A stretch of DNA of 64,000 nucleotides, taken from positions 6,138,001 to 6,202,000 of the forward strand of contig CM102289.1 in assembly GCA_046563655.1 (NCBI GenBank), given 5' to 3'. Within the stretch, counting starts at the first letter, position 1, and each line of letters starts with the position of its first letter. This DNA comes from Yuukianura sp. NJ FZ-2021. Lineage: Eukaryota. Shown here one piece after another: positions 1 to 13,260 of the stretch. The position numbers and the translations under genes are program-made. The notes below the pieces were generated by a model. The model was not told where the DNA came from. It did not search any database and saw nothing but the letters and a program-made list of their open reading frames with translations.

Positions 1-57
1 AACTTCGTTTTTTTTATCAGTTCAAGCTTGCACTTTTTGTTTATGATAACAATCTAG

Positions 58-894
58 GTTGCGATTATTGGGAAAACGGGATGCGGAAAATCAACTCTAA
101 CCTCAACTCTTGTCCGATTAATTGAAATTTGCACTGGAGAAATCCTGATTGATGGTATCAACATTTGTGACGTTCCTTTGAAGCAATTGCGGCAGAAAGT
201 GTTCGTTGTACCACAAGACCCTTTCGTTTTCCATGGAAGTTTGAGAATTTTCCTGGATCCAGTTGGAGAGTTCAGTGACGATGAAATCTGGGAGGCCCTT
301 CACACAGTACAATTGGACAATATGTTTTCAACATTTGAAAATGGACTTCAAACTGAGGTTTCTGCAGTATTTTGTTAATTTCGAAAATGCAATATTTTGC
401 AATAAATCCAAGAATTTCAACATCGATTTTTTTCAGATTGGTGAAATGCAAAGCGTGTTAAGTTCTGGACAGTTGCAACTCTTGAATTTGGCGAAAGCCG
501 TTCTAGTAAAGCCGAGAATTTTGGTTTTGGACGAGTCAATGGCTTATATGGATGAAAAGTAAGGTTTTTTTTTTTCAAGTTTTAAAAATTGGTTTTTTCA
601 AAAAACATTGATTTCAAACAGTACCAGTCAAATCGTCTCAAGGAACATTAGGAGTGTTCTGCCTAATACAACAATTGTGACAGTTTTGCATAGACTCACT
701 TTCATTCATACCTTTGACAAGGTTATGATTATGGACAATGGGGAAGTTACCGTAAGTTGTATTTCTTTAAATTATGATTTATATTGATATGGTAGTTAAA
801 TTTTTGCATGTTTAAGGATTATGGTTCTCCAGAATCTATCGCCAGTTTGTCATTGCCTGACGACAATTCAAAAGACGTCATAGACGTCAAGTAA
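58..894 (+). CDS. ABC transporter subfamily C (MRP/SUR-like), 3' end encoding NBD2; gene starts upstream of the window
   Basis: Exons ~58-357, 437-558, 622-751, 817-894 with GT-AG introns. Walker A GKTGCGKST, Q-loop VPQDPFVFHGSLR, signature LSSGQ, Walker B ILVLDE, H-loop VLHRL, stop TAA at 892-894. Confidence 0.9.
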
Positions 895-1156
895 AAGGAA
901 CCGTAGATGTTTTTACAGTAATCAGTAACTCAAAAATACCAGAAAATTGTTGAGCTCGAATTTGATAAACAACTTTGCGGTTAATTTCGGCAACTTTTTT
1001 CCTACATTCAAATCAAATTGTTTGAGGTTTTCCTTGAGAATATAGAACTGCGAGTAGCGGATTTCTTTGATAAATGGAATAAACTAGTTTTAATTACTAA
1101 AATTTGAAGAAATAATTAAAGTCATTCAGTGATTTTTCTTTTTTTCAATTTGAAAA

Positions 1157-1474
1157 ATGAATTTCAAAATACTAATTCTGTTAGCATTGGTAATGGTATT
1201 TGCCTACACGAACGTCGCTGGTAAGATCTAATTCATAACTTAAAAACAATAATTAAATTAAGCGAGCTATTAAATTGCATTGAGTTTTAAAAATCTAAAA
1301 GGTTCCTTCATTCTTTCTTTTATTTTTGAAATTGAAAAAAATCCAGAGGCCCAAACATACAGTCGTCTTTGCAGTTCCGGATGCCGCCGAAAGTCAGACC
1401 AAATTTCAAAGTGTTGCAAAGCACATCAGTGGCAAGGCGGATGGTGCCAAGGATCAGCTGCCTTCTGCATTTAA
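1157..1474 (+). CDS. Diapausin-like (diapause-specific peptide family) secreted 6-Cys peptide
   Basis: Exon 1 (1157-1220) encodes signal peptide MNFKILILLALVMVFAYTNVA, then a phase-1 intron. Exon 2 (1347-1474) encodes EAQTYSRLCSSGCRRKSDQISKCCKAHQWQGGWCQGSAAFCI*. The spacing C-x3-C-x9-CC-x-AH-x6-C-x6-C fits diapausin. Confidence 0.8.
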
Positions 1475-1968
1475 CCACTTTTAGTTTTTAATTAACAGAA
1501 TTAAAGAAACGCCTTTCCTTTAACCTTACAGAAAATTCAACTTGGTTGTCAAGGGCGCTTGGAATTACTACTTAAAATTAGAAAATATAATTTTGAAATT
1601 GAATTTTTGAACAATTTTGTGAAAATTGCTTATGTACAAGGAACTCAAAAACAAGTGCTTCATTTTTTGACAGTAAAGATAAGAAAAGACGACGTCATTC
1701 TTGACTTTGACATTTCCAGTGATAACCTTGAAGCCATTTCTTTGGTTTACTAAAGTTAAGAACATAAAGCATTCTACTGATTCTGAACTCTACTGAAAGC
1801 AGGAGACTAGGTCAGACGGTTTGGTTCATCCGCTTCAAACTAGGTTGACCAAATAAGAAAAACAAGGCTATTCCAGAGAGTGCATCTGACTGAACAAACA
1901 GAGAATCATTTCAAAACGGACTTCCAAACACTCAAGAAGTCAATTCAAAGTTTGCTGTGAAATCTACT

Positions 1969-2938
1969 ATGGCATTTGCTGGTAAACGCGTTTTGATTAC
2001 AGGAGGAGCTGGATGTAAGTTAACATTATCAACTTTTTTTTTCAAATAATATATCTTGCAAATTGCAATTTAAAAAAAAACATTGTTTTGAATCGAAATT
2101 TCAAACAGGTCTTGGACTTGAAACTGCCCAGAGATTTGTTAGTGAAGGAGCAACCGTAATTTTACTTGACAAGGAAGAATCAAAATTGAACGAAGCGAAA
2201 GCTTTGATTCCTAACGCCATTACAGTTGCTGCTGATTTGTTAAACTGGGAAGAAACGCGTGAAGTTTTGAAAACAATTGGTCACGTAGATCACTTGATCA
2301 ACAATGCCGGGGTCAACCAACGCCAAAAATTTATGGATGTCACACCAGAAGCCATTGATTTGTAAATCCAACTCAAACCTGACTTTTCTCGTTTGATCAA
2401 AATTTTAAAAATGTCTATGTTTTTGCTTCCAGTATTTTTGGAGTCAACTTCAAAGCGATTGTCAATGTGAGTCAAGTTGTCATTGCAGAAATGATTGCAA
2501 GTGGGAAACCAGGAACTGTTGTGAACATTTCATCAATTGTAAGTGAATTTAATTCTAAAACTTCCATTTTTTAAAAATTGTACTATGACTATTTATTTCA
2601 ATTTTCAGGCAAGCAATGTAGTTCTACCAAACATAGGCATTTACAGTGCTAGCAAGTCTGCAGTGAACATGCTGACGAGATTCATGGCATCTGAGCTTAC
2701 CCAAAACGGAATTCGTGTCAACGCAATCTGTCCACATTACATGGTCACTGCGTTCACTGAAACCTACATTAAAAGCAATCCGCAAGTTTTTGACAACATT
2801 TTGGACAGAACACCAGCAGGCAGATTCTTAAAACCAAGCGAAGCCGTAGACTCCATTATCTTCCTATGCAGTCCTGCTTCAGCCATGATCAACGGAACAA
2901 CTATTGACATTACAGGCGGATATGTTGCTGCGTCTTGA
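1969..2938 (+). CDS. DCXR: Short-chain dehydrogenase/reductase, L-xylulose reductase (DCXR)-like
   Basis: Exons ~1969-2014, 2109-2360, 2434-2538, 2609-2938. Motifs MAFAGKRVLITGGAG, NNAG, VNISS, catalytic YSASK, GIRVNAICP, INGTTIDITGG. Confidence 0.8.
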
Positions 2939-3040
2939 ACCTAATTATGCGCATGTGCAAATTTGTTCAAAAGCAATTCAAATATGAACATTAAAAGCCT
3001 TTGTGAAGTGAGATAGTGAGAACATGCAGTGGTTTTTAAA

Positions 3041-3525
3041 TTAAGATGTGTTAATTATATCAATTGCTGCTGGAGTTTCCGTTTCTCCTTCAGGTTCATC
3101 CGCTTCCTTGATCTGTTGTTGCTGAGAGACAGAGAATCTGAAAAATCAAAATTTGAATTAGACCGGCTTATTTTTGAAAAAAAAAACCAAATTGTGAAAT
3201 TTGTGGGTTTTGCAAAGTGGCCCACCTTGCAATCAGTGACTGAATTTGATTTTGCCACTCTTGTACCATGGTGTTTGTATCTTTCGGCAGCGTTTCGGAT
3301 TTTGGATCTGACGATTCCTCAGAATCAAGAATTTCCGATGCCTTCGCTGGTTCAGAATCGTTTGCGTTCCCTTCAGTTTTTTCTTCATTTTTTGTTGCAT
3401 CAGAGCCTTGGGCCCAGTCACGCATTGCTTTTGCAAGTACAGTAAGCTCATCAAGTATTTGCTGTGGTGCATGCGCAGGTGAACCACTTTGCAACCCCTC
3501 ACGCACAGCATCCATAATGTCTAAT
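3041..3525 (-). CDS. Two coding exons (3525-3226, 3137-3041) of an acidic low-complexity segment; either an alternative C-terminus of the SDCCAG8-like gene or a separate small gene
   Basis: Open frame LDIMDAVREGLQSGSPAH...WQNQIQSLIAR joins through a phase-2 GT-AG intron to FSVSQQQQIKEADEPEGETETPAAIDIINTS*. The acceptor at 3526 is phase-compatible with the upstream donor at ~3770. Confidence 0.5.
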
Positions 3526-3592
3526 CTGAAATTTAGACAAATGAAGAGGTTTTACCTTAATTTCATTGGGAGGCTACTACGCATGCGTTTGT

Positions 3593-5768
3593 TTATTTTT
3601 TAGCCCAACTCGGCCGCCATGTTTGTCCAACGTTGGAATCAATTCTACGGGATTGATCAAACTTTGAATTTTTGAGCTTTCTAGATTGTGACTTTTGCTA
3701 ACATTAAAACTCGTGTTTCACTCAGCTTTTGTCTAAAATTGCCTACTTCAACAAAAAGATTTTCAGCGTACTTGTTCCGTTGCGTAGTTTCTTCCAACTT
3801 CTCAGCAAGTAATTTGCACTCGTCACGCAAAGTGTCCATCATACTGTTTTGACTTTGAATCAGTTGTTCCAAATCTGTGATGCTTTTCACTAAAATTTCA
3901 AAAGAAAGGAACAAATAAAGCTAGAAATTTCAAATAATAATAACTTCTCTTGAGTGACATTTGAGTTCATAATTTGTTCATACATTGCTTATCTTCCATA
4001 GCGTGAAGTAATGTGCTGATGTCACCATCCAAATTAAGTTGACCTTCAAGTCGTTCTTTGCTTTGCCTCAAATCTTCTTCTGTCTGCGCAAGGCGGCTTC
4101 GCACAACGTTCAATTCGGCCCGAAGTCGGCTCGATTCATATTTTTCGTCCCGGTCCGCTTTTTCCGTTTGTAGACGAAACTTAACAAAATCCTGCTCCAA
4201 AGAACTTCGCAAACTGAGACTATGCGATAGTTCAGCTTGCAAATGATCTAAGAATCGGAAATTTGAAATTTTACAACTTTGAAACAGCCAAAAAATGTGA
4301 ATTTTTACCAATTTTGGATTTTGTGTCAAGATGCATTTCTTCCAAAAGACTCGTTTTGAGTTGAAGTTCCCGCTTAATGTCACCTTCGATTCGTTTCTGG
4401 CGTTCCAAGTCCAGCTTTGCTCTTGTCAGAGCTTCATAGTCTTGACTCATTTGAACATTCAAATGATCCAATTCCCGCCGATACTTTTTCTCCGCTTCCA
4501 CTTTTTCATCTTGTAACTTCCTGGAGTTCTCTTGGATCAAATCGCGAATTCGTTGCTGATGTCGGTCCACCTCTTCTTTCAACCTAGCAATTTCCGACTC
4601 CGCCTAGAGTGAAAGAAAACTATTTGAAGTTAGTAAATCGAGATTCATAAACTTGTCCGTGTTAAAAGTAAGAGTTTTGAAACTCTGTACATGGGCTTTC
4701 TCCTCCTTCGCTTTCTCTTTGTCGTGTTCGCTTGCTTTCAATTTTCTCGTCGCATCTTGTTCACGTTCACAAACTTTTCTCAATTTGTTTTCCAATTCTT
4801 CAATTTTTTCAAGTAACTCATTTTTCTCCCTAAATAATGCATACCGAATTTCAATAACGCTATTTTAATTTTAAAAAGTTTGATTAATTTTTGTTTTACT
4901 GAATCAGCAATTCCAGTTGCGCCGAAGACGATTTGCAAGTGGCGCAAGATTTTGAATTTGACGTCGAAGAGATCTTATGCGGCCGATCTGTACTGGAAAA
5001 ATCCAGAGAAGTTACGTTTGACTCTTGTTGTGCCAAACGTAGTCGTCGTTTGTACTGGAGCAACTGCGCCTCCAGTTCTGCTATTTTTGAATCTCGAATG
5101 ACCTTGGGGTCATTGCTGGTGACCTCAAGGTCAAATTTTCCATTTCTTGCTGGAATCGTATTTTGTTGTTTTTGGTGCAATTCTTCATTTTCATAAATGA
5201 TGTCCTTGACTTTGTTTAAAAGCGAGTTCATTTCCTGGTTGCAGTTTTTCCTCTCCCTTTCCAAAACTTCAATTTGCTCGCTTTGTTTGTCAATAAAGTC
5301 CAACAGATCCTGCTGACCTTCAGAAGGTACATTTCCAGTGCCAGAATTTTGTCTTGCAATTTTTTGCAGAACAGAAAGTGCCGAAGGTGACTCACGACAT
5401 GGAATCGAATCTTCACGTGGAATTTGAAATAGACTTGGCAAGGTCTTTGCAACATTTTTAGTTTCTTGTTGTGCAGCCAAATTCAAATTTGATTTTTCAA
5501 AAGAATTTGCAAATGTTTCGTTAGGTTTTGCAATATCGATTTGTCTTGGATTCAAAATATTCCTGAGTTTAGATAAAGAGTTGCGATAGCTCTGGTCCGT
5601 CGTGTCAGAGTCGCAAAAGCTTTTTGTGTCAACTAAGAAATCTGATGAAAAGGACACAGCTTTCCTAAAATATTCCAATTCGATAACATTTCAGCAAAAA
5701 TTTTCTTTCCAAAACTATTTTGTGATTGTAGCTTACCTAGGAGAAATAATCGCCATGTCTCGCTGCAT
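3593..5768 (-). CDS. SDCCAG8: SDCCAG8-like centrosomal coiled-coil protein
   Basis: Multi-exon gene starting MQRDMAIISPR (ATG 5768, GTAAG donor), followed by long heptad-rich exons. C-terminal LIQSQNSMMDTLRDECKLLAEKLEE resembles SDCCAG8 LLTSQNTFLTKLKEECCTLAKKLE as recalled. Confidence 0.65.
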
Positions 5769-6402
5769 ATTTAATATAACTTTGTGTAATTTTAGTTTCT
5801 AAAAATGGATTTATTTCAACGTAGAAGTTACTTCTTCCTAAAATTCAAAAAAATAGAATTTTGTAACCGTTAAAAGATGCGAACGTCTAAGGATGGAAAT
5901 GCTTTGCGTCTCTGCTGAAATACAAAATGACACTGGACAGTAACGCATAAAGTAACGCCCAAATGAGTTCTAAACAAAGTTGAAATTCCTAAAGGTAGTG
6001 ACCAATTTTGGAAGCTTTTAGTTCTTGATCATGTCGTGGTGAGAACCACAGCAGATGGATCCTATTAACCAAAATTAAGCGCCAACACAAACTTTGTTTA
6101 GACAGAAGATGAGCAGAGATTAAGGAACTGTACAAACTGTCTTAGCTTGTACCAGGCAGAGCCACTTCGTGCGTTTATGTACTTTGCGTTTAATTTTATG
6201 TGACCATCAATTTAGGAAATTATAAGAAACAATTTTGAGAAATTAGAAACAAATTGTCCCACAGCTTGACAAACTTTTATAGTGAATACAGTATTTTAAC
6301 ATCGTACTATCGTAAATTCATTTTCTCACTTTTTATTTTCGATTTTATTTTAGAATGAAATTACATTCTTTTATTTCTTCTTTATTTAAATTATTTTAAT
6401 AA

Positions 6403-9255
6403 TTAATCTACGCATCCTGTTATTTTGAACCCAATAAATCCAGCACGGCCTTTACTTTTCTTAGCGATTAGTTCAATTGCGTGAATTCCTGATCTCTTCG
6501 CAGGATGAACTTTTTGAGCGTCGAAATAAGGAACCACAACTTGACCTGCAGTGTGTTTAAGCGATCCTGCAGTGAATTGCACAGCTAGCGGCTTGGAATT
6601 CAGAATAATCTCGGTTTGGTTTCCAGCTACAGCAATGGGATCTTCGTCATTTGAAAAGTTCAAAATTTCCCGCTCTGAGTGATCGTCCATCCGGTTAATC
6701 CACATTGTAGAGGACGCCTTCAATGTTTTCGAGACGGGATCAAGTGAGGTCATTCTTGCTTCCAGTGAAACATGATTTTTGTGATGACGGAACCTGACTC
6801 CAGTGAGTACATCTACAGGAGCTGTTTCGTGGTGTTTTGGACGTGGCGCCACAATCTCGTCAAGAAAAATTGTATCAAAATCTTGTCCAAGTTTAAGTAG
6901 GGATTTGGTATCAAAAGTTTTGTTTTCAGAAAGTAGTTGCGGCCGAATCCATTCCAGAGTGCTTTCATCCACAATTGATTTTCCGGTTGTTGCCACTTTT
7001 CCAGTTTCAATCTTTAAAAACAAGATTGTTGTTAACATTTCTTTGTGTTGGCATTTGAAACTTACCGCAACAAAAATTATTCCATGCTTGGTTTCAAATT
7101 TTACTCCAGTGATAATTCGATTCTCTTTTAAACTTGACGTAACTTCAGATGTACTAAAGTAAGCTATTTGCTTCATTCCACTTTCGACGTGATTGCATTC
7201 GCATGAGCAAATTTCACAGAGTTGCGGAATTTTTGACAGCAATCCGTTCTCCAATTGCCATTTTTCTCTCATCGTTTCGATAGATAGTGAGCAACTGTCT
7301 GCAAATAAAGTACAACCAAACTTTTTTTTAAAGAAAAAATATTTGTGTGTGATATTTTTGAATTTTCATACTTTGTTTGCTACCAAACCGATCTCCGGAA
7401 ACAGTGAACCAATCATATCGTTTATCGTTTTTTGTGGATCGACAAAGTTGTACTTCTCCTTCAAGTTTGCTACACTAAAAATAAATTGTTTTACAGCTTT
7501 AACTAGCAATCTCAAATCTGTTTTTTTCCTTTTGTTTAAATTGTACAGATTTTGGTTGTCTTGAAACTTGTGTTTTTGTGGATTCCCCTTTGCATTCTGA
7601 ACCGTCGCACGATAAATGCGAGGCAACATAATCTCCTGCTTCAATATTTGGACCGATGTAGTCACTGCATCTCCCACTGCATGATTCTTGAGGAGTAAGA
7701 ACTTGTTCATTGTAGATGCAACTCTTAAGTTGACAAATTAGACAGTGTACACAATTGGGACATTCAATAAAACCATTTTCATAGTTATTAAAAATAACCT
7801 GAAAAACACCAGTAAATCTAATAGTGTTTTGTCCAATGAGAAACTCCGCTGGGTCGCACATCCAGGTTTCTACTAATGATAAATCTTGGCCGTTGATGCT
7901 TCTGAGCATGAGCGTGGAATTGTTTTCTGATTGGTTCCAGTGAAATGAAACGTTGCCAAATTTCTCTCGTATCCAAACTGCTGTCAACGCCAAGTCAGTT
8001 TCACGTTGTTGCAATTCTTGCATCTTGACTGATAAAGGGAATACAAAAGTTACAAAATACAACCAAGCATCACAAAAATGTTTGAATTTTGAAAACTTGC
8101 CGCTTGGAGTATCGGGGTACAGAAAATGTAAATAGTGCAAAAGCGCATCAGCAGCTTGCAACTGGTAACAATTAAAAACAGCGTATGTAACCGTAGCTGG
8201 AATGCTGAATGTAGTTATTTCTGTCAACGTCAAAATCTTTGACCGCGGAGGCATTGTCTCAGAGTAATTTCCTGCTGACATACACGGTGCTTGTGAAGCG
8301 TCTGGATTCTAAAAAAAACATATTATATTTAGTTGAACAAGTTGTTTTAATTTTGAACACTTCACTTCACTAATGGCTCGCTTCCTTCTATCGTTAACTT
8401 GTTTTGAAGTTTCGTGGTCCGCCAACTCAGCCGCAGTAGTTTGACAACTTTTTTCAAATTTTCCCAAACTTTGTTTTTGGTCTCCTGTACCCTCAGGAGG
8501 GAAATGAAATTCAATTAATTCGAGTAGCAAAGTTTTCAACTTTTGCGCAAACTCTGTGCGCAGAGGAGACGTAGACGGATCTGTTTCTTCCATAAGTTTT
8601 TGCTTGTAGGCACGAGTGACGTTCTGGCGAGATTTTTTTATATTCAAAGTTTGACAATCAAATCCAAAATTTTGCCGCAAAGATCAAAGTTATTTTAAGG
8701 TTCCAATTTTCTTACGCTGACTGCAGTTGACATGTTATGAAAAAAGTTGTAGGAGTTCTCTCCTGTCGCCTTAACTTTTTGCCAAAGTATTCTCAGGGGG
8801 TCTGAAAAACTGGAAGCAAGTCAAAATAAACTTTGAATTTGAATCAACTTTTTTTAAGCTAAAAAAAATTTACTGTTCAAAATTTGTTAGCGAATGATTC
8901 ACGTAGTTGTCTTCTAGAAGTTGATTTCTGTTACTCTCTAGTAATTTTTCAATTTTGGGCAAGTGATGATCAATTACTTCTACCAAAGCGTCTTCAATTT
9001 TTTGAAAAGTTCTTAGATCCTAAAAAAAACAAATGAGGACATTTTTGCGAAATTGACTAATGTATTTTCCAATCATAAAAAAGTGTTGAAATTTACGTCT
9101 ATAATTTCTTCTAAATTTGTCAGAGACCACTCAATGCCCTGAACTACTTCCGAGTAGGAAACTTTCGCCGAATCTATTTCTGGAATGATGACGACATTTA
9201 GTACGAGAGAGATCCAAAATAAGATTTTGAAAAAGTTTGAAATAGCTTTTGACAT
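6403..9255 (-). CDS. DUF4803-family secreted protein (arthropod protein of unknown function)
   Basis: N-terminal signal-like segment (9255-9097), several spliced exons, and family motifs WMCDP, NEQVLTPQESCSGRC, CEICSCEC, IITGVKF, VLTGVRFRHHKNHVSLE, AGQVVVPYFDAQKV, GRAGFIGFKI. Confidence 0.8.
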
Positions 9256-10320
9256 TTTAGAGAAAATTTCAATTTGGCCTTTTGGAGTCTACTTGAACTT
9301 TCTCCTACTCCATTTTTTGGTAAAGCTAGTCCAGAATTGAAGCTTTTACCCAAAATAGACGTTTGTTTAGAAAAACAAAAAGTAAAATCGTTAGCTGCTT
9401 TTTAGAAAAACAGTCTGAACAAACCAATGAAAACTTCGTGCAATAACAACTCCTTTTTTGACTAACAAGAAATGCTAATACTCATAACCGAAGACAAAAC
9501 ATAAACTGTTATAAACTTTTTAATTGTTCAATAAAGTTTAACGACTTTGTTGTTTTGTTTCAAGTGAAATTGAGTTTATTTTCAAAAAAAAGTTTATGAG
9601 GCGTTGAAAGGGTAAGAAAAAGGTACAACACAAATTAGTCTACCATTCGTTATTGAGAAAAAAGTTTCATGTTACAATTAAAACAAAAGTTTAAAAAAGT
9701 GACAACTTTTCAAACAGAATTGTTCTACAAGTTCTGTTTTTTAACATCATTAATTAAGTTTTAACACCTCGTTAATTATACACTGAAGAACATGATACGA
9801 CAGACACATTAACAGATACTATAAACTATTTTTTGGATGACATAAAATGTTTATAGTTTTTGGGTCCATTTGAATTGTTCCAAGATTGCTTTAAGGGAAG
9901 TATCTTTTTTTAGAGGTACTTTTATATTATATTTTTTAAAACAAGTTTTTTTTTAAATGTTTAATTCATATTAAAAAGAAGTTGTAATAGTATTGGACTT
10001 TTACTGTGCATTGTTTCATTTTTTTTTTGAAAATCATGTTATGAAATTAATTTTGCGGGATTAAGTTTTCTTCCAATTGTTTTGATCTTGATTGTGATTA
10101 GATATGTTAGAACTTTGTTGCGAAGAAACCAACTCTGGTTTTTTCAAAGTTTTGTTTCAAATTTTTAAATTTTGGCTCCGTTTTCACATTTGTCTTTGAG
10201 TATTAAATTTAGTTAAGAACTTTTTTTTAAGAAATACTTTTGGTTTGAGGAGCGAGCCTTGACTGTCCCCATTTGGACAAGGCAAATTGGAAATATGAAT
10301 GAAGACTGCGCATGCTCATA

Positions 10321-11444
10321 TTATATGAACGTCGTACGAATGGAGGAGCGTCGCTGCGTAGTAAAGCAGTCGTTATACAATGACGCAGTGGCGGCCGACA
10401 TCCGTTCCATGACCATCGCATTGTACTGCCCGAGTTGACCTTGACTTTTGCCTTTTTTGCTTGGTTCATCTCCATCTTCCACATCAGCGTCATTTCCCTG
10501 GTCATAGTCAAGGTCATTTGGACCCGACTGTTCTAGAGATGCTGTTCTAGGAGTCAAGTACACTCCATAGTGAGACGACGACCCACTTCCCACCCGGTGG
10601 AGCATTGGATAGTCACTTTCGTCCCCAACCAAAATGGGGGTGCGTGGTCGTGACCTTGGTCTTCGTCTGTTGTACGATGACCTCCGCGAAGAGTTTCGAC
10701 CGTTGAAACTTTTGCTTCTCTGTGGCAACACTGTGGAATCTGTAAAAAGAAAAGTCCGAGTTACCCGCCTAAGCAAAAATGGGGTAAAAATGTTTGCTTA
10801 GCGCCATATTTTTGGTTTTTGGGAAGTTTGTACTGCTAAGTGGATGGAAATTGGTGGTAATTTATCCATGTCACCTTACCTTCCATGAATTGGAGATATG
10901 TCCTAACTTCTGGAAGGTGATTGAGGGATGAATATGTTTTGCGCTCTTGTCTGACAAGTGACGGAGATGGATGGTCGGCATAAACCCCTTGGTATGATGA
11001 CGGTTGACTATAACGACGTGACAAACGAGGTGGGTCCTCCATGTAATTTTCTGATTAAAATTAAATTAAACGCTAAGCTTGTTTTACAAATTACATAATA
11101 TTTTATGAAGAAAAGGACTACTAATAGGCTGTTTAAAAATTCATAGCCTTACGTGGATCACTTGGACTCCTTGTGCGAAACACCGTGCTTTGTCTCCTAC
11201 TCTGATGCGGACTACTTGAATCTACAAGGTCAAAAGTTAAGTTGATTTTAGTTAGGCTTGAGCTGGTGAGTTTAATACAGTATGCTGTTTTTTTTAACTT
11301 AATTAGTTAGAGTTAAAGCATTCTGGATTTGGTTAGGCTTACAATTAAACCTTGTTTGAGAATCACTTTCTGGATTGACTGTAGAACTTCTTCGTCTGAA
11401 CGACGCATTTGGGCTAAGTCCTGTTCGTCCACTTCCGCCTCCAT
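10321..11444 (-). CDS. Uncharacterised Ser/Arg-rich, probably disordered protein (4 exons)
   Basis: Phase-consistent exons ~11444-11351 (MEAEVDEQDLAQMRRSDEEVLQSIQKVILKQ), 11221-11152, 11050-10880 and 10740-10321 with GT-AG junctions. No recognisable domain. Confidence 0.55.
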
Positions 11445-13260
11445 TCGAACTTCTGTTGAACTCACCCATGCTCACGTTTTCTTTTCACCTGGCTGTTGTA
11501 AACTTTTTCTAAGTTTATTTCAAAAAGTAGAAATTTCAAAAATTGAAAATATGGTCTCAAGCTCCATCGTTGTACTGAACCAATCCAGTAAATAATTTGC
11601 TGCCAGATTTTGCTCCAAAACTAAATGTTTTCCAAATTGTAAACTTTCAAATTAATTCTACACTTTTTTTCCGTTGTTCTTTTTTGTGCCCTTTAACTTT
11701 GACCCAAATGTCGCCAACTGTTTGCAGTGTTGTGTCTGTTGACAATGTTGCGGGGAAGATGTGTTTGTTTGGTCAATTGAAAGACAAGGGGACTGTGTTT
11801 GTCTTTTGGGCGGCGAGTGGGAAGGAAGGAATCGTGATGCTTCCTTGGAATCCTGGAGGAGACAGGCCTTACTATTCTTCTGGAACAGCACAACACGCCG
11901 AAAAATTGATGCGGAATGAAATGCAAAGGCTGGGCATGGATGTTCGGTCTCCGTCGCTTTCTCCAGCGGGAGAAAGTCGATAATTTCTAATCGGAAAGCG
12001 GAGCAGTATCACATGTGCAAAGCCTGCACAAAAAACTTGTCCAGACTTTCTCCAGAGACTACTCTGGATTTGTTCAATATCCACTTTCACGGGAACTCTC
12101 CATTGTTTCCAGTACAACGTAAAGCTTCTTCCGTCGTTTGATTTATATCCCCCACCTGTTACTGGATTCAAACTGTTGGACAATAATCCATCCTGGGTCA
12201 TACTTTCTCCATGTTTTTCAACATTTAAAAAATTGAAAAAAAAATTGACGAAATGTAAAGCTTTGTTTTGAATTTGCCTTACTTTTGAAGCGTTCAGTTT
12301 TTAAATTTCTAGGAATTTCTTGGAAGAATTTTTGAAGCAGGAAGAATTTTCAACGAAGTTTATCGATGGAAGCCTGCTTACCGTGAAGCTTCAATTAAGA
12401 GAAGGCGTGGGCTGTATTGAATGAAAGTGAACACAGAGTGATGACAATTGAAGTAGGCTTCTTTGCTACTAAGGTATAACAGTAACGGGATTGGAAGTAT
12501 AATAAGTTTGAAGTTATTGATGCTGAAAGCTACTCGGAGAAAGTTGAAAAGCGGAAAAATCAATTCTGAGCTCAATCGTATTTTGAATCTTGAAAATCAG
12601 TTTGGGGATGGAGTTTCACATTAATTTAATTTTAGGCAATCATCCACTTGTCTGGCTTCATAATTTCTTTATAGTCAGTCTTGCATCTTCAGCCAAACTC
12701 TCGACTTTCCAAACAAAAACTGGAGTCTTTTTAAGGTTCAAAACTGAAACCATTTCACACTTTCTCTGGCAACAACCTTGTTTTAAAACAAGAAAACTCC
12801 AAGTCGCAAAATTTCGAGAAAAAAATATTTTTTTTATGAAACAGGGATTTCGACACAAAAGCACTTACGCAAACCTTCGTCATTAAAATGAAAAACAAAA
12901 TTCATCCGAAAAATTCTACGTAAATGACAAATGATCAAAAGTGACTTTTTTTTAATTTTGAGAAATGGGGGAGGAAGAAAATTGAAATGTAAAAGTAAGT
13001 TTAGGAAATCCAACTATTGCTTCCTTCCGCTCTTTGATCTTGCTAAATGTCAACTCCCTTTCACTTTTCAATCATCTCCGATTCCAGAGACTTCCTGGTT
13101 AATTCCTGTTCATTCATTTAGTATTTCTCTGAATGGGGCACATTGAGATTGAGACAGAGGAAGCCGATTCATTGGCGGCGGGAACTTTCAAATTGAATTT
13201 GTAAATCATTCTTGTCCAGAAGGAAATGTAACTTCCCGTTGTCAGAAGTTTTAAATCGAA

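Noticed and set aside
6803..7162. Plus-strand 119 aa ORF and similar antisense ORFs across the window
   Set aside because: Shadows of real coding exons on the opposite strand.
11597..12243. Overlapping 109-128 aa ORFs on both strands
   Set aside because: No recognisable domain or consistent splice model; more likely UTR or upstream exons of the gene at 10321-11444.
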